DNA from: an uncultured virus (IMG/VR IMGVR_UViG_3300035698_013592)
Taxonomy: Duplodnaviria; Heunggongvirae; Uroviricota; Caudoviricetes
Length of the DNA stretch: 64,000 nt
IMG/VR virus record: IMGVR_UViG_3300035698_013592
Direction: 5' to 3' (one strand)
The notes below the pieces were generated by a model. It was not told where the DNA came from. It ran no database searches and saw only the letters and a list, made by a program, of their open reading frames with translations. Shown one piece after another: positions 1-9,521 of this stretch (position 1 is the stretch's first letter; every line of letters begins with the position of its first letter). A program made the translations under genes and the position numbers.

Positions 1-224
1 GAGTCCTATATAGGACGGTAATGTCCCCACGAGCGCCCTGGGCCGCGTAAGCGGTCATGATATAGTCCAAACTGTTGTGTCTGGAGAACGCGATGACACG
101 CGAGAAGAGATGTAAAGCGTGCGGAATAGATTTACCTCTTCAGAGCATTTCTAAAGGAGTATGTTCAGCGTTTTGTTCAAGCAACAGAATCTCCAGATAA
201 AGAGCTGGGGAGATAATACATTTG
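1..224 (+). mobile_element. 3' part of a group I self-splicing intron interrupting the DNA polymerase gene
   Basis: CCACGAGCGCCC then ATGATATAGTCC (57-68; J8/7-P7' signature). P9-type pairings CTGTTG(72-77)/CAACAG(182-187) and CTCCAG-ATAAAGAG-CTGGGG. Terminal G224 is directly followed by in-frame ATT CAA TCC ACG (IQST). Confidence 0.8.
93..200 (+). pseudogene. 35-aa Cys-rich mini-ORF inside the intron; possible remnant of a homing endonuclease zinc finger
   Basis: GGAG RBS, then MTREKRCKACGIDLPLQSISKGVCSAFCSSNRISR* (CxxC...CxxxC), located in the P9 region. Confidence 0.4.
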
Positions 225-548
225 ATTCAATCCACGGTGGCGGACATTCTCAGCGTAGCCGCCTACAAGCTGTGGGTCTACAGGTACTTTCACCCGGACT
301 CCCCGGACTTCAAGATCATCTTGGCAATCCATGACGCGCTCCTTGTTGAGTGTAGGGCCGCAGACGCCCGTAAGGTTGCTACGATCTTGGAAGCATGTAT
401 GTGCAGTGTCAGAGTACCAAACTACGGGTTCTCGTTGGGCGTTGACGTTGATGTCTTCGTCCAGTGGGGGACGCATCCAACGAAGGAGGAACTTATAGAA
501 AGAGGTATGCCCGCAGAGCACGCAGAGATGTACGCCGCGCATGAATAG
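225..548 (+). CDS. polA: Family A DNA polymerase, 3' exon (C-terminus)
   Basis: IQSTVADI (cf. N-x-PIQGTAADI) and motif C LAIHDALLVE. Confidence 0.85.
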   Translation: MQSTVADILSVAAYKLWVYRYFHPDSPDFKIILAIHDALLVECRAADARKVATILEACMCSVRVPNYGFSLGVDVDVFVQWGTHPTKEELIERGMPAEHAEMYAAHE

Positions 549-594
549 TGACTACGTCAAACGTAAACGCAAGTGAAGACAAGGAGATCACGGA

Positions 595-2001
595 ATGTCT
601 TACAAAGATCAACGCGGTGGTGGGGACGGTCTGGATTCCATCCCCGGTTTCGTTATCAAGCAGAAGGGGCAGTCGCACGAGACGTTCTCACCCTCGTTCA
701 AGGATGGCCACGTGCTGGTCTTCCGGCCTTTCCCGGAGATGTTGGCTGACGGAACTGAGGCCCCATGGCGAATGGGTCCCAACGAGTTCGAGTTCGGCAA
801 TCAGATGAGGGCCGTGAAGGTCGTCCGCTATTGGGGCGACATTTACAAGTTCACCTTCATCTGCACATTGCCGGAGTCGGAGGGTGGCATGGACGTTGCC
901 AGCCCCACGGAACGGTTCTACCGCGCCATCAAGGCCGCTGTGGACAAAAAGGATCCACTGTACCCGCTTTCGTGGTACGAGTGGTTCCAGGGTAGCCAGA
1001 ATCAAGGCGAGGCTCTCTCGGCTCCCAAGATTCACCTGATGCTTCAGGGCGCCCTCCTTCAGAACGGGCAGACGAAGTACGTCGACCCGACAACAGGGTC
1101 TATCTCTCCCAAGATGCCGATTCTCCTCATGCTTCCCGTCTCCGCACGTATGGAGATTGAGCGGAAGTTGAACTCAGAGGTGAAGGGCTTCTCGGGTTCG
1201 ATTGAAGACTACGCCAGTCGTTTCGAGATGGGCGATATCTTCAGCTGTGCCGGTGGTCGTGGGATTCAGATTTACAAGGCCCCCCCGGCTCCCAACGTAC
1301 GGCCGCATTACGACGTAATCCCGACGGATAACCCGCTGCCGATCCCGGAAGCTACGGTCACGCAGCATTGGCGTCCGTGGGATGACCTCCTCTACCACAT
1401 GCCCCTCATTGAGCAGATTCGTCTGATCGAGCGGGCATTCTCAGCTGAGGCGGTCGATTACGCTTTTAGCGGCACGGATCTTGCCGAATACCTGAGTGAT
1501 CGGGTTAAGGGTACGTGGACAGCATACCAGAACGCCAGGCAGCAGCAGGTGCTGCAGCAGTATGGCGCACCACCGCAGCAGTACGTACAGCCGCCCTCAC
1601 AGCCCCAGGGAGCTCCTCAGACGCCTTCCGGCGGCTATCCGGCTCCTCAGGTACCCCAGGTGCCTACACAGCCCCCTATGGCCCCTCCAGTGGCTCCTCC
1701 AGCACAGCAGGCAGCCTCTCAAGTGTCTGATATGCTGGGCAAGCAGCCACAGCAGCCGTCCATCGGCGCTATGCCTCCGGTCGATTGGGGCCAGGGAGGG
1801 GCAGCAGCAGCTACAACGCCTCCCCCAGCTCCGACGACACCCCCGACGGCAGCTGCCGTTCCCGCACAGAATCCCGTAGGGGATCCTGCGCAGAACGACA
1901 CAATGATGTCGGATGCAATGGCTGAGATGGATGCGGCGCAGAGGCTGGCAAGTGGCCAGCCGACGCCCCCGGTACCGCCACCAGTTACCCCTCAAGGGTA
2001 G
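595..2001 (+). CDS. Putative ssDNA-binding/recombination accessory protein with Pro/Gln-rich C-terminal tail
   Basis: 468-aa ORF with AAGGAG RBS, between the polymerase and RecA; VFRPFP recalls gp32-like proteins; function is inference. Confidence 0.4.
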   Translation: MSYKDQRGGGDGLDSIPGFVIKQKGQSHETFSPSFKDGHVLVFRPFPEMLADGTEAPWRMGPNEFEFGNQMRAVKVVRYWGDIYKFTFICTLPESEGGMDVASPTERFYRAIKAAVDKKDPLYPLSWYEWFQGSQNQGEALSAPKIHLMLQGALLQNGQTKYVDPTTGSISPKMPILLMLPVSARMEIERKLNSEVKGFSGSIEDYASRFEMGDIFSCAGGRGIQIYKAPPAPNVRPHYDVIPTDNPLPIPEATVTQHWRPWDDLLYHMPLIEQIRLIERAFSAEAVDYAFSGTDLAEYLSDRVKGTWTAYQNARQQQVLQQYGAPPQQYVQPPSQPQGAPQTPSGGYPAPQVPQVPTQPPMAPPVAPPAQQAASQVSDMLGKQPQQPSIGAMPPVDWGQGGAAAATTPPPAPTTPPTAAAVPAQNPVGDPAQNDTMMSDAMAEMDAAQRLASGQPTPPVPPPVTPQG

Positions 2002-2020
2002 TGACGTGTTACAGACGTAT

Positions 2021-2050
2021 GTGGGGGTTGGGCTTGTGCCTAACCCCCAC
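2021..2050 (+). terminator. GC-rich hairpin (terminator or processing site)
   Basis: GTGGGGGTTGGGC-TTGT-GCCTAACCCCCAC; no U-tract. Confidence 0.45.
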
Positions 2051-2091
2051 ACCCTATGCCGCTGAGTTGTTCTGAGTATCGGAGAGAAGTA

Positions 2092-3327
2092 ATGGCGAAG
2101 CGAGCAAAGAAGTCAAATAAGGTATCCCCCGCTAGCTTTGTGAAGTCGATGTGTTCGGTGGCACAGGCGAGGGCGGGAGCTGAAAAGGTTTACGTTGCCA
2201 AGGACCACGAGAAGCGTGAGTGGGGCTTGCCGATTCCATGGCTGGCTCTGCAGTGGTTGCTGCACAGTAACGTATTCCTTCTGCAGAAGGTGTGGGGCGC
2301 CGCTGGCCCTCCGCACAGCTGTAAGTCAGCGTTTCTCTTCGAGATGTTCCGGCTACACTGCATGTACGGCGGTGTTGGGGCGATCGTAGAGACAGAAGGG
2401 AAGTTCTCGCATGAGCTGTTCCGTGCGATTCTTGGTGATCTTGAAGAGAACATTCTGTTTCAGCGTGCCGGGTCAATTGATGAGGTACAGAACTCTGTAA
2501 CCAGCCTCATCGATTTCATCAAGAAGCAGAACGTGAACAAAGAGCAAGTTGTCATGATTGGTATTGACAGCCTTACAGGCACGCTAGGCGAAGAGATGCA
2601 GGCGAAGATTGAGAAGGAAGGCCATGCAGGTCGAGCCTTCCCGGAGACTGCGCTCAAGTATGCCCCTTACTTCCAGTGGCTGGCGGACGTTCTCGTAGGT
2701 TGGCCTACTACGACCGCGTTCACCAATCATCGTAAGAAGAACATAGACGGCGGAGCGGATCGAACCCCTGGTGGAGACGCGCAGGATTTTCATGCGTCGA
2801 TCTACCTTTGGATGGATCGTATGGGCTCTGACCGGCCGAAGGCTGACGGTAGCGAAGGTCGTATGATCAAGTTCCGCGCGAAGAAGAACTCGTACGGCCC
2901 TAACGATCGACGCATCTGTTGCGAGTTCAAGTGGTGGTGGGACGTGAACCAGGAGACAGGTAAGCGGTATCAACGAGCTATCTGGGACTGGGATGCGGCT
3001 ACGACGCTGATGCTCGGGCAGAAGTTCATCGATACCGGGATGCCTACGAAGACGGCCGATATCGTCGATGTGAAGGTTACCGGCCTGAAGTGTACCAGCA
3101 AGGTTCTCGGTATGAAAGACGTCACTGCTCATGAGATGGGCGTGGCTATCCACAGTGACCCGAAGATGATGGAAGATCTTGGAGACGCGCTGGCAATTCA
3201 CCGGTACGAGTCTTACGGAGGTATGCAGGCGATCGAGGCGGTCCTTGACGAGGAGGCTGCTGCGCGTGCTATCGCTCCTGACGCTACAGACTGGGACCCC
3301 GGCGAAGGAGAGAGCGTTGATATGTGA
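2092..3327 (+). CDS. RecA/UvsX-like recombinase
   Basis: Variant Walker A GPPHSCKS, VETEGK, Walker B MIGIDSL, TNH, TPGGDAQDFHAS, KKNSYG. Confidence 0.85.
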   Translation: MAKRAKKSNKVSPASFVKSMCSVAQARAGAEKVYVAKDHEKREWGLPIPWLALQWLLHSNVFLLQKVWGAAGPPHSCKSAFLFEMFRLHCMYGGVGAIVETEGKFSHELFRAILGDLEENILFQRAGSIDEVQNSVTSLIDFIKKQNVNKEQVVMIGIDSLTGTLGEEMQAKIEKEGHAGRAFPETALKYAPYFQWLADVLVGWPTTTAFTNHRKKNIDGGADRTPGGDAQDFHASIYLWMDRMGSDRPKADGSEGRMIKFRAKKNSYGPNDRRICCEFKWWWDVNQETGKRYQRAIWDWDAATTLMLGQKFIDTGMPTKTADIVDVKVTGLKCTSKVLGMKDVTAHEMGVAIHSDPKMMEDLGDALAIHRYESYGGMQAIEAVLDEEAAARAIAPDATDWDPGEGESVDM

Positions 3328-3329
3328 CC

Positions 3330-3358
3330 TTGACACAGGATGTACCTTCGGATAGCAT
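3330..3358 (+). promoter_or_regulatory. sigma70-like promoter
   Basis: TTGACA-17nt-TAGCAT. Confidence 0.5.
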
Positions 3359-3398
3359 GAGGGCTGATAAAACTCCCTACAAGTCGGAGGTACTCTTG

Positions 3399-3980
3399 AT
3401 GGAAATTCAGGTCGCAGCTAAGTCCACAATCACAACGGACGGTGGCCTTTGCATCGCTGAAGAAGGAACAGAGGGAGTCGCGTTTAGTGGCGAGTGCCCC
3501 ACACAGGCACAGAACATCGGTAGAGTCGCTGTTCAGTGGAGTGGTAAGAGCCGTATCTACTGGGTTGAAGTTGATGACCTCAGCGTACCTGACGGTGTTG
3601 ATCCGCAGTCTCTTACGTCACAACCACCGCGAAAGCGCCGACTGACCTTACCGGAGTACCCTACGTCATCATTCCATTTTGGTACGAGCCTTCGCATGTT
3701 TCGTAAAGCGAGAGGTCTCGGCCAGAGTGCTTTGGCTGACAGGATGGGTGGCACGATAGGTCAGACGACGATTTCGTTTTGGGAACGTAAGGCGGAATGC
3801 CCCTCGGGTGAGTTCGTCAAGACTGTAGCTGATGCGCTTGACATTCCTCCGTTCTTCTTCTTCGTTAGTAACGGCGTTACAGACCCGTCACAGCAGGAGC
3901 AATTTATGGCAAACCTCTGTGATAGCGTCGAGGATGGGCTGACATTTCTCAGGCTGTTGAAGGCTGAAGCCTGTGGCTAA
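3399..3980 (+). CDS. XRE-family HTH transcriptional regulator
   Basis: LRMFRKARGLGQSALADRMGGTIGQTTISFWER...VADALDIP; start moved to ATG 3399 behind GGAGG. Confidence 0.8.
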   Translation: MEIQVAAKSTITTDGGLCIAEEGTEGVAFSGECPTQAQNIGRVAVQWSGKSRIYWVEVDDLSVPDGVDPQSLTSQPPRKRRLTLPEYPTSSFHFGTSLRMFRKARGLGQSALADRMGGTIGQTTISFWERKAECPSGEFVKTVADALDIPPFFFFVSNGVTDPSQQEQFMANLCDSVEDGLTFLRLLKAEACG

Positions 3981-4476
3981 AAAACCCTTCTTCAGTGGGT
4001 TTGAGGAGAAAGCGTTACGCAGCGACATCGATAGGTTGGACATATTCGGTGTTAAAATTGTGCGCAGGATTTTGGCAAAGATGGGGGCGTCTGATGAAGA
4101 CCGCAAAGTCATCGAGCAGCAGCTAGGGTTTGAGTATAGTATCTCAGACTTCTGCGAGCAGATGAGTTTTCCGGTCTTTCTTGTTCCCTGTAAGGTGGAG
4201 GCTTTCCAGTTTCAGAGATTCTTCACCGCTTTCCCGAAGAACCCAGCCTACCAGGAGCTTCTAGACGTTATCAGCTCCTTAGGTGACTCTAATCGGGTGG
4301 GTATCGTATTCTCCGCGTGGAGAAGGCCGTGGATCATGCACACGTATTGGGAAATTCCAGAAGCGCCGGGCCATTCGCGATTGCGTCGCTGCGGAAAGAC
4401 AGAAGGCGTTGGCATCGTGGCGGAGTTGGTCGACAGCTTTGCGGAAGCAATCAGAAACGTGTGGAGCTATGAGTGA
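3973..4476 (+). CDS. Hypothetical protein
   Basis: 167-aa ORF coupled to neighbours. Confidence 0.6.
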   Translation: MAKKPFFSGFEEKALRSDIDRLDIFGVKIVRRILAKMGASDEDRKVIEQQLGFEYSISDFCEQMSFPVFLVPCKVEAFQFQRFFTAFPKNPAYQELLDVISSLGDSNRVGIVFSAWRRPWIMHTYWEIPEAPGHSRLRRCGKTEGVGIVAELVDSFAEAIRNVWSYE

Positions 4477-4919
4477 ATGATATCCGTCCTGAGAAACAAT
4501 ATTCTGAGCCGGACATACAGGTCAAAGATCTGATAGAGTTCGGTCGTGAACTCATCGAGAAAGGCGTTTCAGAAGAGACGCGTGACAAGTTTGCCTCCCT
4601 CGCAGTTAAGCCTCCGATGGTACGTCTTGCGATAAATATACGCTCGCTGATTTCGTGTCTAGCGAGTAAAAACAACTACCGTGACGTGCTGATGGCTGGC
4701 CTGACAGATGATGAACGGAAGGTGCTTGTTGAGCTGGATATACGCAGCGTATCTTCCCGGAGCAGGGAAGTTGCGCACGGCTTGCTTAACATCCACGAGA
4801 GGTGGATGGTCTCCAGGCGTGTCGGCCCCGTCTTTCAGAAGGCGAGGACTAGGCGACATGAATACATTAACCTACATGAGATCTTTGACCCAGATGACTT
4901 CAAGGGAGGAGTACAGTGA
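4473..4919 (+). CDS. Hypothetical protein
   Basis: 148-aa ORF with overlapping start/stop. Confidence 0.6.
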   Translation: MNDIRPEKQYSEPDIQVKDLIEFGRELIEKGVSEETRDKFASLAVKPPMVRLAINIRSLISCLASKNNYRDVLMAGLTDDERKVLVELDIRSVSSRSREVAHGLLNIHERWMVSRRVGPVFQKARTRRHEYINLHEIFDPDDFKGGVQ

Positions 4920-6175
4920 GTCCAAGTTACGTAGCTCGCGGTGTGACTCTGCGTGGACGTAAGACCCCCGCAGAGATACTCAAAGAACTGGAACGTCAGA
5001 AGGAGTCAGCGCGCGACTATGTGCTGAGTACCTCCGACGTTAGGTTCGAGGTTCATCCGAGGACGGGTGATCTAGTCTTTGAGATGGACATTGAGGAGAA
5101 TGGCCAAGAGCCCGAGACGATGCGAGTACCTCTCAATGCCCGGACGCATGCGCAGATAGCGCAATACGTTGGACTTCCTATGCGTTCTGCGTTATACCGG
5201 AGGTTCAAGAGCGGAGTAGAGAAAAATAACAGTCTCTACTATGACACATGGGCACGGACGTACAACGACGTGCTGCACAAGGAGCCTTCACGTAGGCTAT
5301 TTCGTACAGTGGAGAACTCAGACGGAGAACCGTATCTCCGAGCTTTCCTTTCCAGTCGCTACATGATCATTGATAACTCTGATGTCTTCTTCGCTGCCGC
5401 TGAGGCCATGGAGAAGGTTGGGGCGGAGATTGTACACGCGCGTCTGGATGACGACCACTTCCACCTTTATGCTGTGGCGCCGGGCATTAGCGCACAGGTA
5501 TCGTCTGACCGTGTCTTCAAAGATGCGTCAGGTCGAGAGGTTCGTTGGTCTGGTAGCGAGGATGACGTGCTCAACGCAGCAATCAGTATCTCCAACTCTG
5601 AGACTGGTGAAGGCCAGTGTGAGATTCGTCCGGCTATCTTCCGGCGTGTTTCACAGACCTATTCAGTGTGGGACAGTGTGTTGGCTAAGCGGCATGTTGG
5701 AGGCACAGACGCAGCTGATGCGGCTATGCTGACGGAAGATACGAGACGTAAGAAGAATGACGTATTCTACAGCGAGATTCGTGACTGGGTTGCAGGTACG
5801 TTTACGCCTGAGACGCTGGAGAAGTACGTCAGGATGATCGAGGGCGCTGCTGTCGATGAGGTTGTTGACCCCGTCGCTGCGGTAGAGGCTTTGCGTGTCA
5901 GTTACGATATCACCGATGACCGCAAGGATGCTATTCGTGACCGCTTCCTGCGTCAAGGCGACAGGAGTCGTTACGGGCTGGCCCAGGCGATTATGGAAGA
6001 ATCTGCTGGGGATCTGCCTCCTTCCGAGGGCACTACGCTTGAGCGTATCAGTGCCAAGGTTATGGAGTCAACAACCTCTGCAGAGCTCATCAGCATCGGA
6101 CAGCGGGAGATCAACTCTCGTGAGGACAAGACACCGGAGACGGTTGGTTCCGTCTTGGGTGACGTGGATATTTAG
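4916..6175 (+). CDS. DUF932-like phage/plasmid protein
   Basis: AHAQIAQ, LRAFLSSRYMIIDN, ISNSETGEG, KRHVG pattern. Confidence 0.6.
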   Translation: MSPSYVARGVTLRGRKTPAEILKELERQKESARDYVLSTSDVRFEVHPRTGDLVFEMDIEENGQEPETMRVPLNARTHAQIAQYVGLPMRSALYRRFKSGVEKNNSLYYDTWARTYNDVLHKEPSRRLFRTVENSDGEPYLRAFLSSRYMIIDNSDVFFAAAEAMEKVGAEIVHARLDDDHFHLYAVAPGISAQVSSDRVFKDASGREVRWSGSEDDVLNAAISISNSETGEGQCEIRPAIFRRVSQTYSVWDSVLAKRHVGGTDAADAAMLTEDTRRKKNDVFYSEIRDWVAGTFTPETLEKYVRMIEGAAVDEVVDPVAAVEALRVSYDITDDRKDAIRDRFLRQGDRSRYGLAQAIMEESAGDLPPSEGTTLERISAKVMESTTSAELISIGQREINSREDKTPETVGSVLGDVDI

Positions 6176-6200
6176 GAGCGTGCGGTTGAACTCGGATAAG

Positions 6201-6524
6201 ATGAAAGCGTGCGCCGAGGTCCTTCAGGTTTATTGGGACCTCGGTGAATCTCTGCATTCGATGGACGACATCGATCAAAACATGACGTGTCTCGAACTAG
6301 AGATATCCGTAGATGACGCAGAGGGCGCGTTGATTTTTCGCGATGCGTACAGTCGGTTGCAGCTCAAAACGGCACAGAAGAGAGGCTTTACCTGGGCTGA
6401 TATCAAGCTGCTCATACGTGTCAAGAATAAACGCAATCGCGCTGCGTTGGAGCGCATACGGGCATCCGAGGTACTCAGTACTAAGGAGTTTGTCAGGCAG
6501 GTTAATCGACTCATAGAGGAGTAA
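6201..6524 (+). CDS. Hypothetical protein, paralog of the next gene (DUF1016 N-terminal-like)
   Basis: Shares EVLQVYWDLG with 6529..7215. Confidence 0.5.
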   Translation: MKACAEVLQVYWDLGESLHSMDDIDQNMTCLELEISVDDAEGALIFRDAYSRLQLKTAQKRGFTWADIKLLIRVKNKRNRAALERIRASEVLSTKEFVRQVNRLIEE

Positions 6525-6528
6525 CACG

Positions 6529-7215
6529 ATGACGAAAGCATCTCCCCCCACTACGGCGAATGCCACTGAGCTCAAAGAGGGCGACAAGAGGTACAACAGT
6601 GTCATTATCGAGTTTCGTGGCCGCATTGCGGGTCTCTCGAAGGAAGTGCTGCAGGTCTACTGGGATCTCGGCACGCAACTGAACGCCCTGGCGGACAAGC
6701 CGGGATACTTTGGGTCTCATGGAGTGGAAGACGTTGGAATGTCCCTCAACCTTTCGGGCGAGACGCTCCGTGCCGCGATGCGGTTCCGGCGAGTCTATAC
6801 GAAGACGCAGCTGGAAGGACTCCAGGGTCGACGCATCAGCTGGCACAGCACTGTGGCGCTTCTCTCGGTGGACAGCGTTGAGCAGCGTACAGAACTGGAA
6901 AAGAAGCTGGCCGAGGGTAAGATGAAGGTCAAGGAGCTCCCCACCGTGGTGAAGCGTATCACCGAAGCGGAGCGCAAGGCTGGTAACAAGACGAGACGTG
7001 GCGGGAGCTCAGCTACTACCGCGCTTCGCAAGGCATCGTCGTTGACGGCCGATCTCGGCACGTACCTGTCCGCTGACGCCACTCAGGCGCTCAAGGACTA
7101 TGACATGATGGAAGACGACAAGAAGGAGAAGGCTACCGGGTATCGTACCGAACTGAAGAAGAACCTTAGGGCTCTCGTCAAGCGGGCCGAGGCGGTGCTG
7201 TCGTACTTCGAGTAG
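6529..7215 (+). CDS. Putative DNA-binding protein (DUF1016/YhcG N-terminal-like)
   Basis: YWDLG...LRAAMRFRRVY...ISWHS pattern; GAGGAG RBS. Confidence 0.5.
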   Translation: MTKASPPTTANATELKEGDKRYNSVIIEFRGRIAGLSKEVLQVYWDLGTQLNALADKPGYFGSHGVEDVGMSLNLSGETLRAAMRFRRVYTKTQLEGLQGRRISWHSTVALLSVDSVEQRTELEKKLAEGKMKVKELPTVVKRITEAERKAGNKTRRGGSSATTALRKASSLTADLGTYLSADATQALKDYDMMEDDKKEKATGYRTELKKNLRALVKRAEAVLSYFE

Positions 7216-7233
7216 GTAACCGCTTACACTCCT

Positions 7234-7268
7234 GAGGGTCGGTGCTAACGCACCGGCCCTCTTTGTTT
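7234..7268 (+). terminator. Rho-independent terminator
   Basis: GAGGGTCGGTGC-TAAC-GCACCGGCCCTC-TTTGTTT. Confidence 0.7.
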
Positions 7269-7281
7269 GTAAAGGATCAAC

Positions 7282-7704
7282 ATGGCAACATGGGAAAAGG
7301 ATGGTAGGACGATGGTCCGCTGCTCGAACTGCGGGCTTGTGAAGATGCTCGATGAGTGTTTTGTCTTCAGTGCAGGCTTTGGTGGTATCGTAGCCGGTAG
7401 TCCGTCCGATACGGGCGCGATTCAATGCCCTCAGTGTAAGTGTCAGATTAATGAGGGTGAGGCTATGCTCGTGTCTGATTACGAAAGTTCACGTGCGGCG
7501 ATTCTTTCTGCTGCGTCAACGCTTATACATCTGGTCCAGGCGCATCACGGGCACGCTGTACGGGCACTTCGTCTGGTTGGTAGGCCCGAGGGCACTGAGC
7601 CTTGGGACTTGGTCGTCGATAGCGAGTACGACAAAGACACTTACGGAATAGGCGTGCCTCAAGCACCAAGACATTCAGAACTGGTGCGTCCTGATGGGAG
7701 TTAA
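7282..7704 (+). CDS. Zinc-ribbon hypothetical protein
   Basis: CSNC...CPQC. Confidence 0.55.
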   Translation: MATWEKDGRTMVRCSNCGLVKMLDECFVFSAGFGGIVAGSPSDTGAIQCPQCKCQINEGEAMLVSDYESSRAAILSAASTLIHLVQAHHGHAVRALRLVGRPEGTEPWDLVVDSEYDKDTYGIGVPQAPRHSELVRPDGS

Positions 7705-8053
7705 CGCTACTTACGACGAAGAACTGAACACATTCACGTACGAAGTTGATATGGTTGCCTCGTTGCAGTTTCGCACGAGGAAGAAACTTACGGACGCGGA
7801 TATGTGTATGATTAAGGAGATAGTGCGTAGGGAGTTGGAAAAGCGGTCGTTTTATCCAACAGAGATCATGCTGGCACACGGCATAGATCCGTCGTCACCT
7901 GCGCACCGTACCAGAGCTGCTTGCATGCCTTCATGGTATGACTTTTCAGGGGAGGATCCTCCTGGAGGTAACGTCGATGTGACTGCGGCAGTTGTAAATC
8001 TTCGTCTTCAAGAGGAAGAATCAGATGACATCGGAGGACAGATGGTGGGATAG
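7694..8053 (+). CDS. Hypothetical protein
   Basis: 119-aa coupled ORF. Confidence 0.5.
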   Translation: MGVNATYDEELNTFTYEVDMVASLQFRTRKKLTDADMCMIKEIVRRELEKRSFYPTEIMLAHGIDPSSPAHRTRAACMPSWYDFSGEDPPGGNVDVTAAVVNLRLQEEESDDIGGQMVG

Positions 8054-8420
8054 TACAACGTATCTCGCGTTTGAGGCCTACGTTCGCGTAAGTCACGATA
8101 GCTTGGGATGCGGTAGGCGAGGCCTATGGCTAGTCGCGTGCGACGGTAAACGGATACGCCTATTAGACGTCATGAAGATAGAGCACGTCATACCCGTCGA
8201 GATTCTCGGAAGTGTACGGTTCCGTCGTCATGATCACAAGATCGACAAGGAGACAGGACATATTCTGTTGCGCATCAAGGGCAACAAGACGTGGACTGAC
8301 CATGGACCTTGGTCCAAGTATGAAAAGGATCGCGACATTTCTAAGCAGGAGCCTAAGACCGATTTGAGCCGTAAGTTCTCTATTCGCAGGGTAATCGAAG
8401 AATCGCCGTTAGATTTCTGA
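8025..8420 (+). CDS. Hypothetical protein
   Basis: 131-aa ORF. Confidence 0.5.
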   Translation: MTSEDRWWDSTTYLAFEAYVRVSHDSLGCGRRGLWLVACDGKRIRLLDVMKIEHVIPVEILGSVRFRRHDHKIDKETGHILLRIKGNKTWTDHGPWSKYEKDRDISKQEPKTDLSRKFSIRRVIEESPLDF

Positions 8421-8432
8421 GGCAAAAGTCTG

Positions 8433-8470
8433 TTGACATTTCAGCGACAGGGCTGGTAAACTTGTCGAAG
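8433..8470 (+). promoter_or_regulatory. sigma70-like promoter, twin of 24647-24684
   Basis: TTGACA-18nt-TAAACT-TGTCGAAG. Confidence 0.6.
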
Positions 8471-8477
8471 AATAACT

Positions 8478-9521
8478 TTGGAGCGCGTAATGCACGAGAG
8501 TGAAATACCTTTCACACCTAGAGAACCCAGGGCCAAGATACGTGAAGGATACTCAAGTCCCGGGTACAAGTTCATATCACAACATACCCCGAAACATCCA
8601 GAGGTGCCCTGTCACGGGTACTCTATCCTGCACCAAGCCTACGGATGTCCGGGAAGATGTGCCTACTGTTACCTTGTAGGCGTCCTACAGAAGAAGACGT
8701 ACCCAACGTATTACACCAATTTCGACCGCATGAAGGCTGAAGTCAAACGATGGATGTCCTCTAACCATGGTCCCGCTGTTCTCAACGCCGGGTCTCTCTC
8801 CGATTCCTTTATGACCTCTACGCAGTGGCTACGTCACATAGGACCTCTCTTTGCAGAACAGAAGAAGCATCACCTCGTACTTGTGACGAAGGGGTGGCGT
8901 ACGAAGGACGGGGAAATGCCGCAGGAGCTTGCGTGGCTGTCTGAGAACTACACGTGGAAAGAGCGATCACGTATCATCACGGTCTACTCCCTCAACGCCC
9001 CAGACGTTGTCATGCTCTACGAGTCAGGTACACCGATGCTACGAGAACGGCTGAATCAATCTCACAGGCTCTGGTGCCACGGCTGGCGAATGCGTTTTCG
9101 TATCGACCCGATGATCCCCGTGCCGAGCTGGAAAGAACAGTACCGGTTCCTTGCGCAGCAGCTGGGCGAGTTGGGGAACATGCGGCCTTCGACGATCAAG
9201 ACCTCGACGCGCTGGCAGGCTGACTCAGAGTTCTATGACGCTTTTCCATACCCGGAGCGTATTGTGCTTGGCGCCTTACGTGGTACCAAGTCACTCATCA
9301 CGCTTTGCAAGGAGAGGAAGTGGCCTTATGAGCTTGATGAGAACGCTAAGCTGGAAGATGGTAAGTTGCGTATCGCAAATGCTTTGCGTGTCAAGATGTT
9401 CCAGCACATCAGCTTCCACTTGAGGAAGGCGCTCCCCGCGAGACCTATCGCACTCTGCAAAGAGCCAAAGGAGCTATGCAAATCGTTTTCATCCAAGTTG
9501 GAGTGTGTCTGTATACCTTGA
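8478..9521 (+). CDS. Spore photoproduct lyase (SplB)-like radical SAM protein
   Basis: GCPGRCAYCYL, NAGSLSDS, LVTKG, YSLNA, RFRIDPMIP, ALCKE. Confidence 0.75.
   Translation: MERVMHESEIPFTPREPRAKIREGYSSPGYKFISQHTPKHPEVPCHGYSILHQAYGCPGRCAYCYLVGVLQKKTYPTYYTNFDRMKAEVKRWMSSNHGPAVLNAGSLSDSFMTSTQWLRHIGPLFAEQKKHHLVLVTKGWRTKDGEMPQELAWLSENYTWKERSRIITVYSLNAPDVVMLYESGTPMLRERLNQSHRLWCHGWRMRFRIDPMIPVPSWKEQYRFLAQQLGELGNMRPSTIKTSTRWQADSEFYDAFPYPERIVLGALRGTKSLITLCKERKWPYELDENAKLEDGKLRIANALRVKMFQHISFHLRKALPARPIALCKEPKELCKSFSSKLECVCIP

Noticed and set aside
1540..2001. Repeat-like CAG/CCN-rich DNA
   Set aside because: Explained by the Pro/Gln/Ala-rich protein tail; period 3.
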